DNA of 64,000 nucleotides from the human T2T-CHM13v2.0 reference genome, Homo sapiens: assembly GCF_009914755.1 (NCBI RefSeq), contig NC_060937.1. The stretch is one strand, 5' to 3'. This document shows positions 42,986-56,320 of this stretch, piece after piece (position 1 is the first letter of the stretch; every line of letters begins with the position of its first letter). Below the pieces are notes generated by a model. That model made no database searches. It was given only the letters and a program-made list of their open reading frames with translations, and was not told the origin of the DNA. The position numbers were made by a program, and so were the translations under genes.

Positions 42986-44959
42986 AAAATGACTATTGCA
43001 ATAATATTTCATCTTCTCTATTTTGCTCACAATTTGCTTCACTGTTCATGGAATCACTCACTATCTAAAATAAGATATCCCCAGAAATTGGACACAATTT
43101 TATGCTTTGAGAGTGAAGACAGAAGAATCTGCTTGTGATGGGCTTGTCCAAGGAGCATGAGAGACAGTCAAATGTAAGGACATAACTCAGAGGCATGAAT
43201 GTATCTACATCTGAAGCTACAGCCTTATCATTTGGGAGTTTGTACATCAGTCTTTCATAAATCCTACTTCACTTGGCCAGCTTGGGGCCTCCTAGCAATA
43301 TTCATTGGTTTACCAAGAATATTTTTATAGGCTGCACAAAGGTAAACTTTGGCTCAGTTCTTGCCTACATCATTATAATTTCTCAATTATTGGGATAAAA
43401 CTAATAAAGCTCAATTAAACCTTAAATACATCATTATACTCTGAATTTTAAAAATTGTCAAAGTTACAGCTAATGACAATAGAATTTACTGTTACTTTCT
43501 ATATTTTGTTCTAATTATGAAAGCCCATTAAAACTCTAAATAAAGAAATAATTTGAAACTCATAAGCTTTGAAATCAACTCAATGAACTTACATAATTAC
43601 ATTCACATGACATAAAGGATTATTCGAAATACAATTGAAGAGCAAACATATGCACAGATTTAGACAATATTCATGATTTATAGCAAATTATAAAATCTTC
43701 CAGGCAACATTTTAAGGAATCCATGTTTTAAATCATTACTTGACTTGTTCTTGGCATATAAATAATTATGGAGTGCAGAGTCTTCATTGAGTTTATCCTC
43801 ATCACTGGCTTGCTTTAGACATACAGGTTTCCATTTTGTAAGCCAAATTACCCCAACTTTGGTTACAAACCATCAGAGCATCATGCAGCAAACACTAACT
43901 GTCCAGTTGGTAAAACTGATGCTTTCATCTTTGAGTCTATGTACCAGCCAGAGGCAAAACTCTCTGGACATGGCCTGAAAAAGAGGATGTTTGCTTTGTC
44001 CCTGCCTCTGCTGAGGAAGGACTCTGTGAGCTGCATAGCAGAGGCAGAAGAGCAGGGTGCCCACTTCTATGGGGAGTTGATCACAACAGCGGCCTCCAGA
44101 TGGGCAGAGCTGGCAGCTTTCTTGTGGCCTGTGTGAACTGTGTGATCTCATGCCTCTTTGAGCCCAAGGACAGCACTGAGGGGCTTTATTTGCACTGCAC
44201 CTGCCCCGTAAGCAACAGCATTGATTTCTGCTCCCAGAAACCCTCAGTAAGTAGAACTATTCACTGACGATGCTGCCTGTTTACATCACCCGGGAAGAAG
44301 GGTCTGAGCATTTTCTGCCTCTCATGCCTATAAGTGATGGAACTTTCATCTTATCTTTATTCTCTGGTTCATTTATTTTTATAAGATACTGCACAGACAA
44401 GAAACCCACACCCAGCCTCTGGCTCTGGATCTGTGAGGAATCATACAACATATTTCTTTTGTTTTAATATAAGATAATGCATGTTTAGCCTGCCCCTGCC
44501 CACTGACTCAGAGTAAATTTCTCGTAAACAAAAGAAGCAAGTCAAAGAAGCATTAAAATGACACTTTATACTCTATTGGAAGTTTCCCTTCTTTTCTTTG
44601 GTGGTTGGAGTGGGGACAGGGGAAATAGCTTTAGCTAATTAACCAAGAGTGAATCAGCTTACTCCTGACTTTTAAGTTCAGACCTTCTCAGATGGATAAT
44701 TTTTTATTCCCTCTGCAAAGATTCTTTATGGGAGAACCTTCTGAAACTCACTTAATCCAAAATGTGGTGACTGAAGCTCCCTACTGTCTCTTCTGCCCAG
44801 TTGAAGTTGGATTTCTTGTGGTTCTGGACTAGCGGAACCTCTCTTCAACCTCCACCTCCTACATGGCCTTTGCGCATTTGAACACAGTCAATACACCTCT
44901 TTGTGGCAAAGGGATTCCACGTTACTGGGCTTCTGAATAATTGTTATCTGATTATTATA

Positions 44960-45550
<591 letters not shown>

Positions 45551-45659
45551 TAGAAAACCTTCAAATACTTGACACTTCTAGATACTCTGATTTACATACA
45601 CTTAACACACTTGGCTTTTAGATCAGAAGACTGAATTATGCTTTAGTCTTTTAATGTTA

Positions 45660-46052
45660 TGGTGTTTATTTTCACACTAACATTGCAATAAAACTACACA
45701 AATACCAAATATAACAGTTACACATGAATGATAAAGAATAAATACTTTAAATAAAGTTAAAAAAAAGAAGCACCTTCACTTGCAAAGTAGAAACTTCACA
45801 ATAGTTTATATCAGTTGTCTAAATGGGATATGTCCAAAATCAACCTTTGTGGTGGAGGAAGAAAAGTATAACTTCTACTGATAGTTTTAAATCTAAAATG
45901 TAAGAAAGAAACTAAGCTTTATTAATATTTATGATATGAAGTAGTACATGTGTATACTTTATGAAAAATAAACATGCCTAGGCTAGGGCGTATGTTCAGG
46001 TTTCCTTAATTATAGGTATACACTATCAAAAAATGTCTGGAGCCCTCTGGTT
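45660..46052. mobile_element. hAT-Charlie-like fragment
   Basis: Ends TCAAAAAATGTCTGGAGCCCTCTG, similar to the Charlie terminus TCAAAAAAGTTTGGAGACCACTG; left boundary unclear. Confidence 0.4.
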
Positions 46053-47919
46053 TAAACTATTTTGATTAACTATTAATTCACTCATCTAAGTTGCAAATTT
46101 CTAAAAGTAAAGTAAAACATTAGTATCCTTAAACAGAGAGATATTTCATAAAGTAGTCTGAGATTATGCCAGCAAAAAAATAAAGAATGTATTTCAATGT
46201 GTTTTAAATTGCATTAACTGTTTTAATGACTCAAATAGATGTTGTTTGTCTAAATCTCCCAAAAATAAGACAAATGGAAACAAAGTTTACTTAATCTGAT
46301 AAAACAGAAATAAAAAGTGTATTCTAATACCAATTTAATCTAATTAGAAATCATTGATTTAATTTTTCTCTTTTAGTGCTGTCATTGCTATTATAACAGT
46401 TGTCTGAGTCAAGATAACATTTTTTCCCCAGTGATTGCTGTCAATGATTATTCAGGGATCACTTTTATCCTTTCTGGAGCAATGGTGCATAAAGCATATA
46501 TAGGATGCTTTAATCTAGGTACATAGCTCAGTAAATCGGGATATTATAAACCTATGCTATGAGGTTTTTATCTGTGATCTTGAATAAAGTGCTAATGTTT
46601 TATATCTTTCTCCGTCTTTAAAATGGGGGTAGTGGCCTGAAGGTACAAAGAAGCATCTGGTTTAAAAGAAGAAAGCAATGAAAAACAACAACTTAGGAAA
46701 TAAGAGAATGAACTTAAGAAGTCTGAGATAGAGACCCTATGGAGATACTAGTCAGGCACAGTTATTTGAAAAACATGTATACTCTGAATTCGCCAAAGAT
46801 ATTTATACACCGCAGCGGCAGTAATATTGTAGCAAATCATCCTCAAAATGGGGCAGTTCACTTTAATAGGAAGGAAAAAGAAACACATCAGAATCACATC
46901 ACTTAACTATTCAGTGAATTTGCAGCACCTCTAACTTAAAGAATATCACACACATTCACTCGCACATACACAGATTACACAAAAACCAAAGAACTGAATC
47001 CGTTTTGTTTTGTTTTTTTCTGATTTTTAAAAGACAGATTGGTACTACTGGAACTGAGGAGTAAGAGGTAATAATTGCCCATCCTTGATATGCATTTTAA
47101 TGAATGTTCAGCAGCTTTGTGTGTGTGTTTGAATCCATGTAATATTTCTCTCTATTTTCCTTTGATGTCTTTCACAGTTGTGATGTATACAGAGTGGCAG
47201 AAACAGCAGACAATGCAGTATTCGGAAGATGTTAACCTGCTCAAGAGTTTAGTGAGCTTTGCCGTCCTCCTTTTCCCCCATTACCCCTCAAGTCTGAGTA
47301 ACAAACATTACCCAGCGCCAGTGTGACTGCTGCCCGGAAATTCTCTGATGAGGCTGCCTGATTTGAATCCTAACTAGCAAAACCAAAGGACTCTAGCTCA
47401 GACTCCAAGGGAAGATGAATAACATAAATGGCCTTCTCTGCTGGAAAAAAAAATCTAATTATATGTTTATAGATTTTTTTAAAGGTTGGCATTGAATACT
47501 CAGAAATATATTAAGATCATATTTACCCTCAATAGGAACACTGAAAAGGAAATGATATTCTGAAACAAAAGGCCAACTCTAAACCTTGGGAGATGGTGAC
47601 AGTTACAAAATGCAGGCCTGTGAAGGAAGTGTGTCCATAAAATGCTGACACCATCTTCTTTCTCATCAGATGGGTAGAGAGAGTTTAGAAGCTCAAAACC
47701 ACCATCATCCTTTCACTGTTCCTTTCTGAGTGTCTTCTCAGTAAGTGGAAGATCCTTTTCTCACCTTGAGCTTAACATAAAATCTTTTTGAAAGTGACAA
47801 TTTTTTGTTGTTGTTAGTGGTAGTTATGGATTTGCTATAAGAATACAGCAATTGCTAATATATTGCCCTCAAAACAATTAATATAAATAATAATATAGGA
47901 TGACAATATAGCATATAAC

Positions 47920-48140
47920 TAACAGTGTGAACCTTGGATTCAGAAAAGCTTGGCTTTGAATCCTGGGTCCATTATTACTAGCTGTGTGCAAATTATTGAA
48001 ACCCTCTCACCTCAATTTTGCATCCATAAAATGGGATCATAATAACGATTATTCAAATTCAACTTAAAGGGAAGTCTGAATTAAATGTGAAAATGTATGT
48101 ATAAATCACACAAGTACTCAGTAAACAGTCACTATTAACA
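47920..48140 (+). mobile_element. MIR
   Basis: TTTGAATCCTGGGTCCATTATTACTAGCTGTGTG...CCTCAATTT...CATCCATAAAATGGG...GTACTCAGTAAA. Confidence 0.8.
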
Positions 48141-48869
48141 TTGTCATAAATTTGTAGCTGTTATTTCATAGTCACAGTGAGATGATAAGGAAAAATCCCT
48201 ATATTCAAACTAGAATTGATTTCTAGTTCAATATTCTGAACAAATGTGTTATATACATTCTATCAAAATCACGAATCAGTTGTATGTTTTTAATTTGTTT
48301 GTAAATATTTGTCATGTTGTCATTTTTAGAGAATTTAAAAGGAAAAATAGTGTCTTGACTAATACCAAGCATTCCACTTACAAGCATGTTTTCCTTTTAG
48401 CACTGCCTCTTGTTGCATATGGGTCCAATGCCCTGATTTTCAAAATGTGGTAGGAAACTAGTGAACTGGTGTCAATGAATATCTTGTAGTTTGTCCTGTT
48501 CTCATTCAACTTGTAAGTTCACTGGATACATGCATGAGTATTTTAATTGGCCAGAAAGGCAGTTATTGATCTGGGTCACATCTCCACAAGATTTTATAGA
48601 GATAGGTTTGAATAAAATAGTCCTAAGGCTTAAATATCAGAGGCATAAAGGGAAGAAGACATTTTGCCACACACTGTAAAAACAAATAATCTTGATCATG
48701 CAGACTCCATATCTTACAATATTGTTAATTTACATTCCACATCTTAGAACACTTAGACTCCACCACCTACTATGGCAGGCAGAAAAGGTTCATAACAATA
48801 AAAAGGATTCCTAAAGATGTACAATTGGCGTTTGCATAATATTGAAAAAAAACTCTTGATCAATGATTA

Positions 48870-49481
48870 TATTTTGATATCTGTTCTTGCTATATAACTC
48901 ATCATACCAAAATTTAGCAGCTTAAAACAACAAATATTTCTGTTTCTGTGGGCAGAAATCTAGGAGCAGCTTGGGTAGGTGATTCTGACTCAAGGTCTCT
49001 CTTGAGGTTTAGTCAGACCTGGGCCACAGTTTCATCAGAAGGCTTGACTGGGAGATCTGCTTCCAAGCTCATTCATGTGGTTGTTGGTCAGCCTCAGGTG
49101 CCCATTGGCTGTTAACAGAGATTTCCATTTTCTGCTCTGTGGTCCTCTCCTAAGTTGCCTGAATGCCTTCATGACATGGCAGCTGGCTTCTCCAGTTCCT
49201 CGTGAAGTATTGGACTGAGGGCTTCTGTTCTTTGCCATGTGGGTCTCTCCATAAGGCAGTTTGCAACCTGGCAACTGGCTTCCCCTACAGCAAATGAAGA
49301 CAGACAATATGAGCCTGTAGCCACAGTCTAGGATAACCTAATCTAGGAGGTGACATGCCACCACTTCTCTGTATTCTATTGATCATAAAGAAAATCTGGT
49401 ACAGTGTGGGAGGGGACACCAAGGTTGTGAAGACAAGGAGGTGGGGATGGTTGCAGGCCATCTTGGGGGCTAGCTACCGCA
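48870..49481 (-). mobile_element. MLT1F-like LTR
   Basis: CCAAAATTTAGCAGCTTAAAACAAC...TGCTTCCAAGCTCATTCATGTGGTTGTTGG...GGCCATCTTGGGGGCTAGCTACCGCA. Confidence 0.85.
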
Positions 49482-49580
49482 ACCCCCATGGTGGTTAACA
49501 GAAGAATGGGCCTCTTCTCTGCCATAAGACTGATAGGGTGCCGTGGGGGGTTTTCTGGCTGAAAGAATTAGACAGGTCTT

Positions 49581-49881
<301 letters not shown>

Positions 49882-50279
49882 TTAGATACCCTCATGCCTC
49901 ATGGTTGTGGGAAGGGTCTCAGAACAAAAAATCAAATGGAAAGACTTAGGTGCAGATATTTAAATGTGAAGCCACTTGTGATAGTTAAGTTTCTATAAAG
50001 AAAACATTTCTCTTATGACTTTTCCCCAAGGAATGAAAGAAGAGATGATTTGGGAAACTCTACTTTTCCCTTAGTTACTACAGTCTCCAAAATGTTTAGT
50101 TTGTGAACAAATCCAGTCAGGTGACAAATTTTCAAGAATGTCTTCAATTTATAAAATCTTGGAGGTAGAAGCCGCCTAGAACCATGCCTTCATGTTACAG
50201 ATGAGGGAGGGGGACCCTGGGGACACTGAGAGACAGAAAGAGAGATGGGAATGGAACTCCCAAAGGGATATCACTTAGC

Positions 50280-50301
50280 TTTTTTTTTTTTTTTTTTTTT
50301 T
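50280..50301. repeat. Isolated poly(T) run (22 nt)
   Basis: Direct reading; no adjacent SINE body. Confidence 0.9.
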
Positions 50302-52201
50302 AAATCCAGGGACAGCTTAGGATAAGATTTTGCCATACAAGGCTTATATTTTAATTCATTCAACACATTGGGAGGTACCTCCTGTGTCCAGGAAAGGGAA
50401 AATAAGACAAGACTTAGTTCCTGTCTCCAAGGAGCACATCTTCTCAAAGGGAGGAGGGAGAGCGAAAAAAATACGAAGCAAAATGTCAAGACAACGTGGT
50501 CAGTGGAGCTCAAGCATCTGATGGGTATCAGTGGAAACTAACAGTGCTGGAAGGTGATCATTTGTGCTTTACTCAGTATCTAATCAAATGGGGAGCAAAT
50601 TACTCATCTATGGCTCTGTCTTTTAAGTTGTTTAGGAGAATAATGAACTTTTAGATAGAGTATAGGTAGGAAATACTGAAAGCCCTGAAAATATTGACTT
50701 TTCACCATAATTTAAATATTCAAGTTCTGGACTTACTAATGACACTTAAAAATCAAAATGACCTGACAGTTCTCAAACGTTTGCTGTATCTGTATATTCA
50801 TTTAAGCACATAGTTACTATCTGCTGTGTGCCAGGCACTGTGCCTGGCATGAGTGATAGAGCAATCAGTAACTCAGATGTGTCTCCATGCAGGCTTTATG
50901 AAGCTCATTATCTATTCATTATGTCCACTCTGCAGAAATGGTCACTTCTCTCTTTGCATCATGGGTGGCTTTATTTTTTAGTTTTTACTGCCACAATTGT
51001 CCCCAAGGCTACAGGGAAGCAAAGACTGCAAAACTTAACAACAACAAAAAAAAATCTGGCCTCTCGAGGTGAAAAAATTGATGGAAGTATTTGCACTGTT
51101 GTCACTGGGTCCAACAGAGCCACCATTTCTTGAGGAAACCCTTTTGGGATTTGTTTCCTTAATGCAAAATGTACTTGAGATGTGACTCAACTTAGCGATG
51201 TCCCAGAATAAACTTTCACTTCCAGAGTCAGAGATAAGTACATTTTCCTTCTTCTTCGGGTCATGACAGATTGGCTTGGAAGGAAAGCTTGGGTCACGTC
51301 TAGGAAGTAACTGCCAGTCATTTGTGTGTGTGGTTCACTGGAACATTCAGGCTTTTCCAGGGACGGGCTTGTTAATGGCTGAACAAGCTAAATGCCAATC
51401 AGGAGAAAACCATTTGTTTTCCATGAATACTTCTACTTCTTGTGATCTAGAGCCTTCCCTCAAATCTCATCTATTTAGGAAGGATTCGAGGACAATGGAT
51501 TAATAGCATTAATATTTCCCTCTCCACCTCCTGGAGGGCTCACATTTTTCAGGAGAAGATGACATCAGTGTGAAACTTGCCCTTCTTAAGCTTTCAGAAA
51601 CATGTCTCCTTATTTAAAGATTAGATTATCCTTCTCTACTGTTTTCCATTAGATTTGCTTCTTTTCTCCTTTTTGGAGAAGGCCAGCTCACTATTTTTAA
51701 AAGGTGATGGACCATGTCAGGATTTAGAAAGTGAAAGGAAAGAGATTGGTTTGGATTTTCTCAGTCTTTGTCTGCTCTAAAGCTCAATAAACTTCGAATG
51801 GTGACTGCAGGTATAAGGGTAGAGGAAGGCTTTTATATCCTTAGAAAACCTACGTTTCAGTTAGATTACAGAGGTAGTCAGAAGATAGGGAAAAAGTTCC
51901 AATAGCATTTTGACTACTTTCCATGTCAAAGGATATATATCAGCCGTATTCCATTGCTATGAGAATCAGCATGTTTAAGTATTGATAAAAAAAATTTTAG
52001 GGAACACAATACAAGTTATCAAAAAATTGGATGAGTTTGTTGTAATAAAGACAGGACTGTATGTAGTTTATATTCAAGTTTATGGATTCTTCTGAATACT
52101 GAATAAATTGTCAAAATGGTACTGAAACTCTATGTGAAAGGCTCAGCCTAAATTCTGTTAATCTGGCTGATACATCTTTCTGTGATTTTAAAAAAAGATT
52201 C

Positions 52202-52392
52202 GGGAGTGGGGAGGGATAGCTTTAGGAGATATACCTAATGCTAAATGACGAGTTAAGGGGTACAGCACACCAGCATGGCACATGTATACATATGTAACTA
52301 ACCTGCACATTGTGCACATGTACCCTAAAACTTAAAGTATAATAATAATAAAATAAAAATAAATAAATTTAAAAAATAAAAATAAAAAATAA
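52202..52392 (+). mobile_element. Young, heavily 5'-truncated L1PA (PA3/PA4-like)
   Basis: GGGATAGCTTTAGGAGATATACCTAATGCTAAATGACGAG...GTAACTAACCTGCACATTGTG...; long A-rich tail; TSD AAAAAGATTC / AAAAAGACTC. Confidence 0.95.
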
Positions 52393-53914
52393 AAAGACTC
52401 TAAGCAAAAATTTTAAGCTTATTCCAGCACCATGATAAAGATTCCTTGGGACTCGATTATATTCATTTATTGTGTGGATCCCATGTAACCTGTCTTTACA
52501 TTTTACAATGTACAATTTACAAAATAACACAGCATACAGAGCACATCTAAAGCAGGTGGTAAAATGGAGATGTGCCACTCTCATTGTGGGTTTATATAAC
52601 ACATAGGAATCTCCTTAGTCTATGCTTAAAATATGAAACTGAGCAAAAGTCATTGGTCAATATTTTTATGAGCATAGATTTCCTCTCCAGTTTCTTTATC
52701 AGTAATACATGCGATAAGATCAGAGTAGCCTGTGGCCACTCAATGGTTAACATATTAATTTATTAAAACTTTCCAATTTCAACCAGTTGGGTCGAACTGG
52801 AGAAGTTAGGGAATTTGAGGAAGTTGGGGATTTTTTTTTTTTTTTTGTGGGACGCTGCCAATTACGGAATTGATAAACTTGAATTCACACCCAGTGGTGG
52901 AGCTCAGTCACCTTTTTCACAAAGTGAGTTTTCACTCTTTATTTCTGTGTACTTAGCCTAGGGCTCCCTTTCCCTTACCAGAGAGTTTTGCATATCAGAA
53001 ATGATTGAGAAAAAAATAAAGTTATTATGTGCACTAGGAACTGAAGACAATGCCTGCAGCCAAGGTTAAGGAAAGATTGAATGAGGTATGGTACCATTAC
53101 TTGTGTATTATGACTACTCTCCAATTTGGAGAAATAAATACTGTGTAATAATCTATTATCAGATAGCCAGTGCTGCCCATCACCCTTTCTTCAGTCCTTT
53201 TTATTTGGGTACACAGATGTATCAAGGGAGGATAAATTAATTAACTATGCATAATTACCAAATTCTCTAAACACACGCAGACTTTACACAGTGTCTTTGC
53301 TGGACAGTGCAGGTTGTTGGTATAGATGGTAGATAGCCATCATCTAATGTAAATCTATTCACACAGCAGGGTCAAGTGAATTCAAATTCAAATGATGCAC
53401 CCATAATATGTTCTCTAACGTGAAGCATTGTAAATTTCCTCACTGCAGAATGCAATAATGCCTTCGATATAAGGTATTCATCCCGATTATACTAATCACC
53501 ATGGTGCATTTAGATATCCAAAGATACTGTATTTTGAGCATATAGGATTTATATAACTTTAAAATTTTGTGATTCGGTATTTTTACTTGGCTAGAGGTAT
53601 TAATTTGATTAAATGCACACGAAGACTTTCTCCCAATACCCAAAGAAAACTATTTGCATTTTTTAAAATTATCACAGCTTGTTATATAATTACAGCCTCT
53701 GGGGCTAGATTTCTTTAACAATGCCCCAGTCTCCTCTCTACTGCTTCTCTAATGACAATACACTTTCCCTTCAAAGTTTCCCAACCTATTGCTTTCTATA
53801 ACTTACCTCTTCCTGTAAGAAGCAAGTTTGTTAGCTCATTAATACAGAACTTACAGAGAGGGTTCACTACATATCGATCTAATTAAAACGTTTTTGAGTC
53901 AGGACAACAATAAT

Positions 53915-54470
53915 AATGGGATTAACTATTGTAATTTGTGCAGCCAAAGTATATACATAAATAGGTAATCTTTATTTTTCTATATTACTGGTGGAAAATG
54001 AATTTCAGACATTAGGACCTGGGAGAGTCGGGAGCTACAGCTGCTGAGCTAGTGCCCCTCCCATGGTTCTGGCCAGCAGCCCTGACATCCCTGCACAAAG
54101 TAATCACAGATCACAGCATTTAATCACTGAAAACAAGCACTCCAGAGGACAGCGGTGTCAATATCCCACTCTCTCATTATCTGTTTGGATTGCACATCCA
54201 CACTGTCAGATAAACAGAGTGGAAAATTAAGATTAAAAATATGGTAATTTCATTTCAGGCAGCAGGCACCACTCACTGCCCCTATTATGCTATTGATTAC
54301 CTCTGAATTCAATTTTTCTTTCAATGCAAACTTTAATCTGTTTGCTACCCAGCAATTCAAGTCCCCAAGGGCTATTTGAGAGTAAGTAACCATTTAATCT
54401 GATGCTAACTGAAAAATCACCGTCCTTAATGAATTGTGTAAATCATTCAGCTCTAAAGCACCTTTGACTT
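53915..54470. promoter_or_regulatory. Candidate developmental enhancer (TAATC homeodomain cluster)
   Basis: Eight TAATC/GATTA sites in 53919-54399, TGTCA x2, GTAAATCA (54438-54445), CCTTTGA (54461-54467); no repeat recognised. Function is inferred. Confidence 0.5.
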
Positions 54471-55049
54471 CTATTTCATTTTTTATTTTCCACTCAATAT
54501 AGGAAAGGATCGGCGTGTGAATAATTACAAAGTAGCAAGTATTTTTACATACAGCAAATATGATAAAAACCCTATTATAGTGGGGCATGTGTAATGAACA
54601 GTACTTTTTAATTTCAAAATAGCTATTCATTAAAAAAGAATGGGAGATTAAAAAGAGAGGCTCAAAGCTCAAGGTAAAAGTTGATAGACATTGTAATTAC
54701 ATGGTTAATTTCAAAGATTTATATGCTGTTATGATTTAAAAGGAATTTTTATGACCTGACATTTTCATTTGAGAAGATTTTTTATTTAAAATTAATCTTC
54801 GAGCTCCTATTCTTAATTATTTCTTGGCAAGCGATAAATGGTAATACAAAAAAAAATGCCCTATATCAAATTTTAAGCGGAATAAATGCATGCGAATTTT
54901 CGAAAAGCAATAAAGTGGTTTTTACTTATTTGAATTGCGTTACATTGAAATCCCCTGTTGGGGGAATTTGTGGGCGAGAGCTGGAAATTATTGGCCCATT
55001 TAAGGGAGCAGCAATCTTACTGCAGTGCAGCGTTTATGACACTTGAAAA

Positions 55050-56320
55050 CAGATTGGAGAGTGGGTTTTGCTCGGGCGACTTGATTGTCTTTCAAGTTGG
55101 CGTTAAGAGTTTTCAACAGGTCTCCTTCCCTGCCAGCCGGGACCCCGGGGGTCCCTCGGAGCAGGGCGGGTGGGACCGCTCGGCCTCCTTCTCTCGCCCG
55201 CACGGGCGCCGCCGCAGACCCGGAGCAGGCACCCGGCGGCCGCCGCGTGGGCTGCAGCTTAGCCTCCTCTGCGGGCGCCCGGCAGGGCTGCGCGGCCGAG
55301 ACTCGGGGCGCCGGCGCCGGGGCGGCCGGGAGCTCTGTCATTTGGCAACTCCCTGCAGACTGATGACACGGCGCTTTCCATGGTCGAGCCCCACAAAGTG
55401 TAGGGCTGCGGGGCGCACCTGGCTGGGCTCCTAATTACCCGGCCTGGGACGCACGGGGCAGCCGCGGAGGGTGGCGCCTGGGGTCGGGCCGGGGTCCCCT
55501 TCGCCGCAGTCCCGCCCACCCGCAGCCTCCGAGGGGTCCCGGCCAGGGCGTTCTCCACACGCTCGGCTACCTGCAGGGGTTCGCCACTGCAAGCCGGGCC
55601 AGTAGAAGTTTGGGGGCGAAGGCAGAGAGCATTTCCTTCTCGGCTTTTGGCGCCTCCACGCTGCACAGAGGCAGGGGCGACTCTGCAGGCCCCGTTTCCC
55701 CCATCCTCCCCTCCACCCCAGTTCCCCGCAGGACGTAGGCGCCGTCCCTAGCTCCCCCTTCTGTCCTCGCCCTAACACCGCAGGGCCTCTCCTGGGGATG
55801 TGGGGTCCTGCGTGCTTTTGGGGGCTACAAAAAGTGGGGGCCGTCGCAGAGCAGAGGGAAGCTAGGAGCGGGCAACGAATTGAATCCTGGAGACCCGGGA
55901 GGAGCGAGGCTGCTGCCGTCCCCGGGGAAAGGGCGACTTCGGCGGGGATACTCCGTGCCAGGCCCTGCAACTCCCGGGCCCTCGGGAATGGGATGGGGGA
56001 GGCGCGGGGTGCGCGCAGCTCCCGGTGATGTTAAGGCGTCCGATGGAGACTTGGGTTATTTGCTTCGCGTATCCTCCCCTGTTCCTCTGCACCGAGCTCC
56101 TGGCTGCCGCTGCGGCCGCTGTGTGCCCGAGGGGCGGCTCTGTAACCCGGCTCCAGGCATTTCTTAGGTTTCCCATCCCCGCCCTCCAAGCTCCCGGGAG
56201 CGCCCGCTCCGCTGCCCGCAGACAGGCGTCGTTCAAACCTCAGCTCTGCTCGGTCTGCATTCATGGACCCCAGATCTTCACCCTAGGATTTCCATCTCAG
56301 CATTTCACGTTCCCGGGGAA
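55050..56320. promoter_or_regulatory. CpG island (orphan-like; no coding exon recognised)
   Basis: Abrupt rise in GC and CpG density over ~1.3 kb in otherwise CpG-depleted DNA; GCGGCCGC sites, GC boxes, G4 motifs; not repeat-derived. Confidence 0.93.

Noticed and set aside
47178-47251. Possible 74-nt coding exon (VMYTEWQKQQTMQYSEDVNLLKSL)
   Set aside because: The acceptor is good but the donor context is weak, the peptide is unrecognised and there are no partner coding exons.
47340-47372. CTGATGAG, a hammerhead-ribozyme core-like word
   Set aside because: No stem II closed by GAAA and no stem I/III partners; the other CTGATGA hits I checked also fail.
54134-54156. REST/RE1-like AGCAC...GGACAGCG
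   Set aside because: The left half is degenerate and the spacing is non-canonical.
55139-55318. GC palindromes (GGGACCCC-G-GGGGTCCC, CGGCGGCCGCCG, GGCGCCGGCGCC)
   Set aside because: Expected at this GC content; no independent support.
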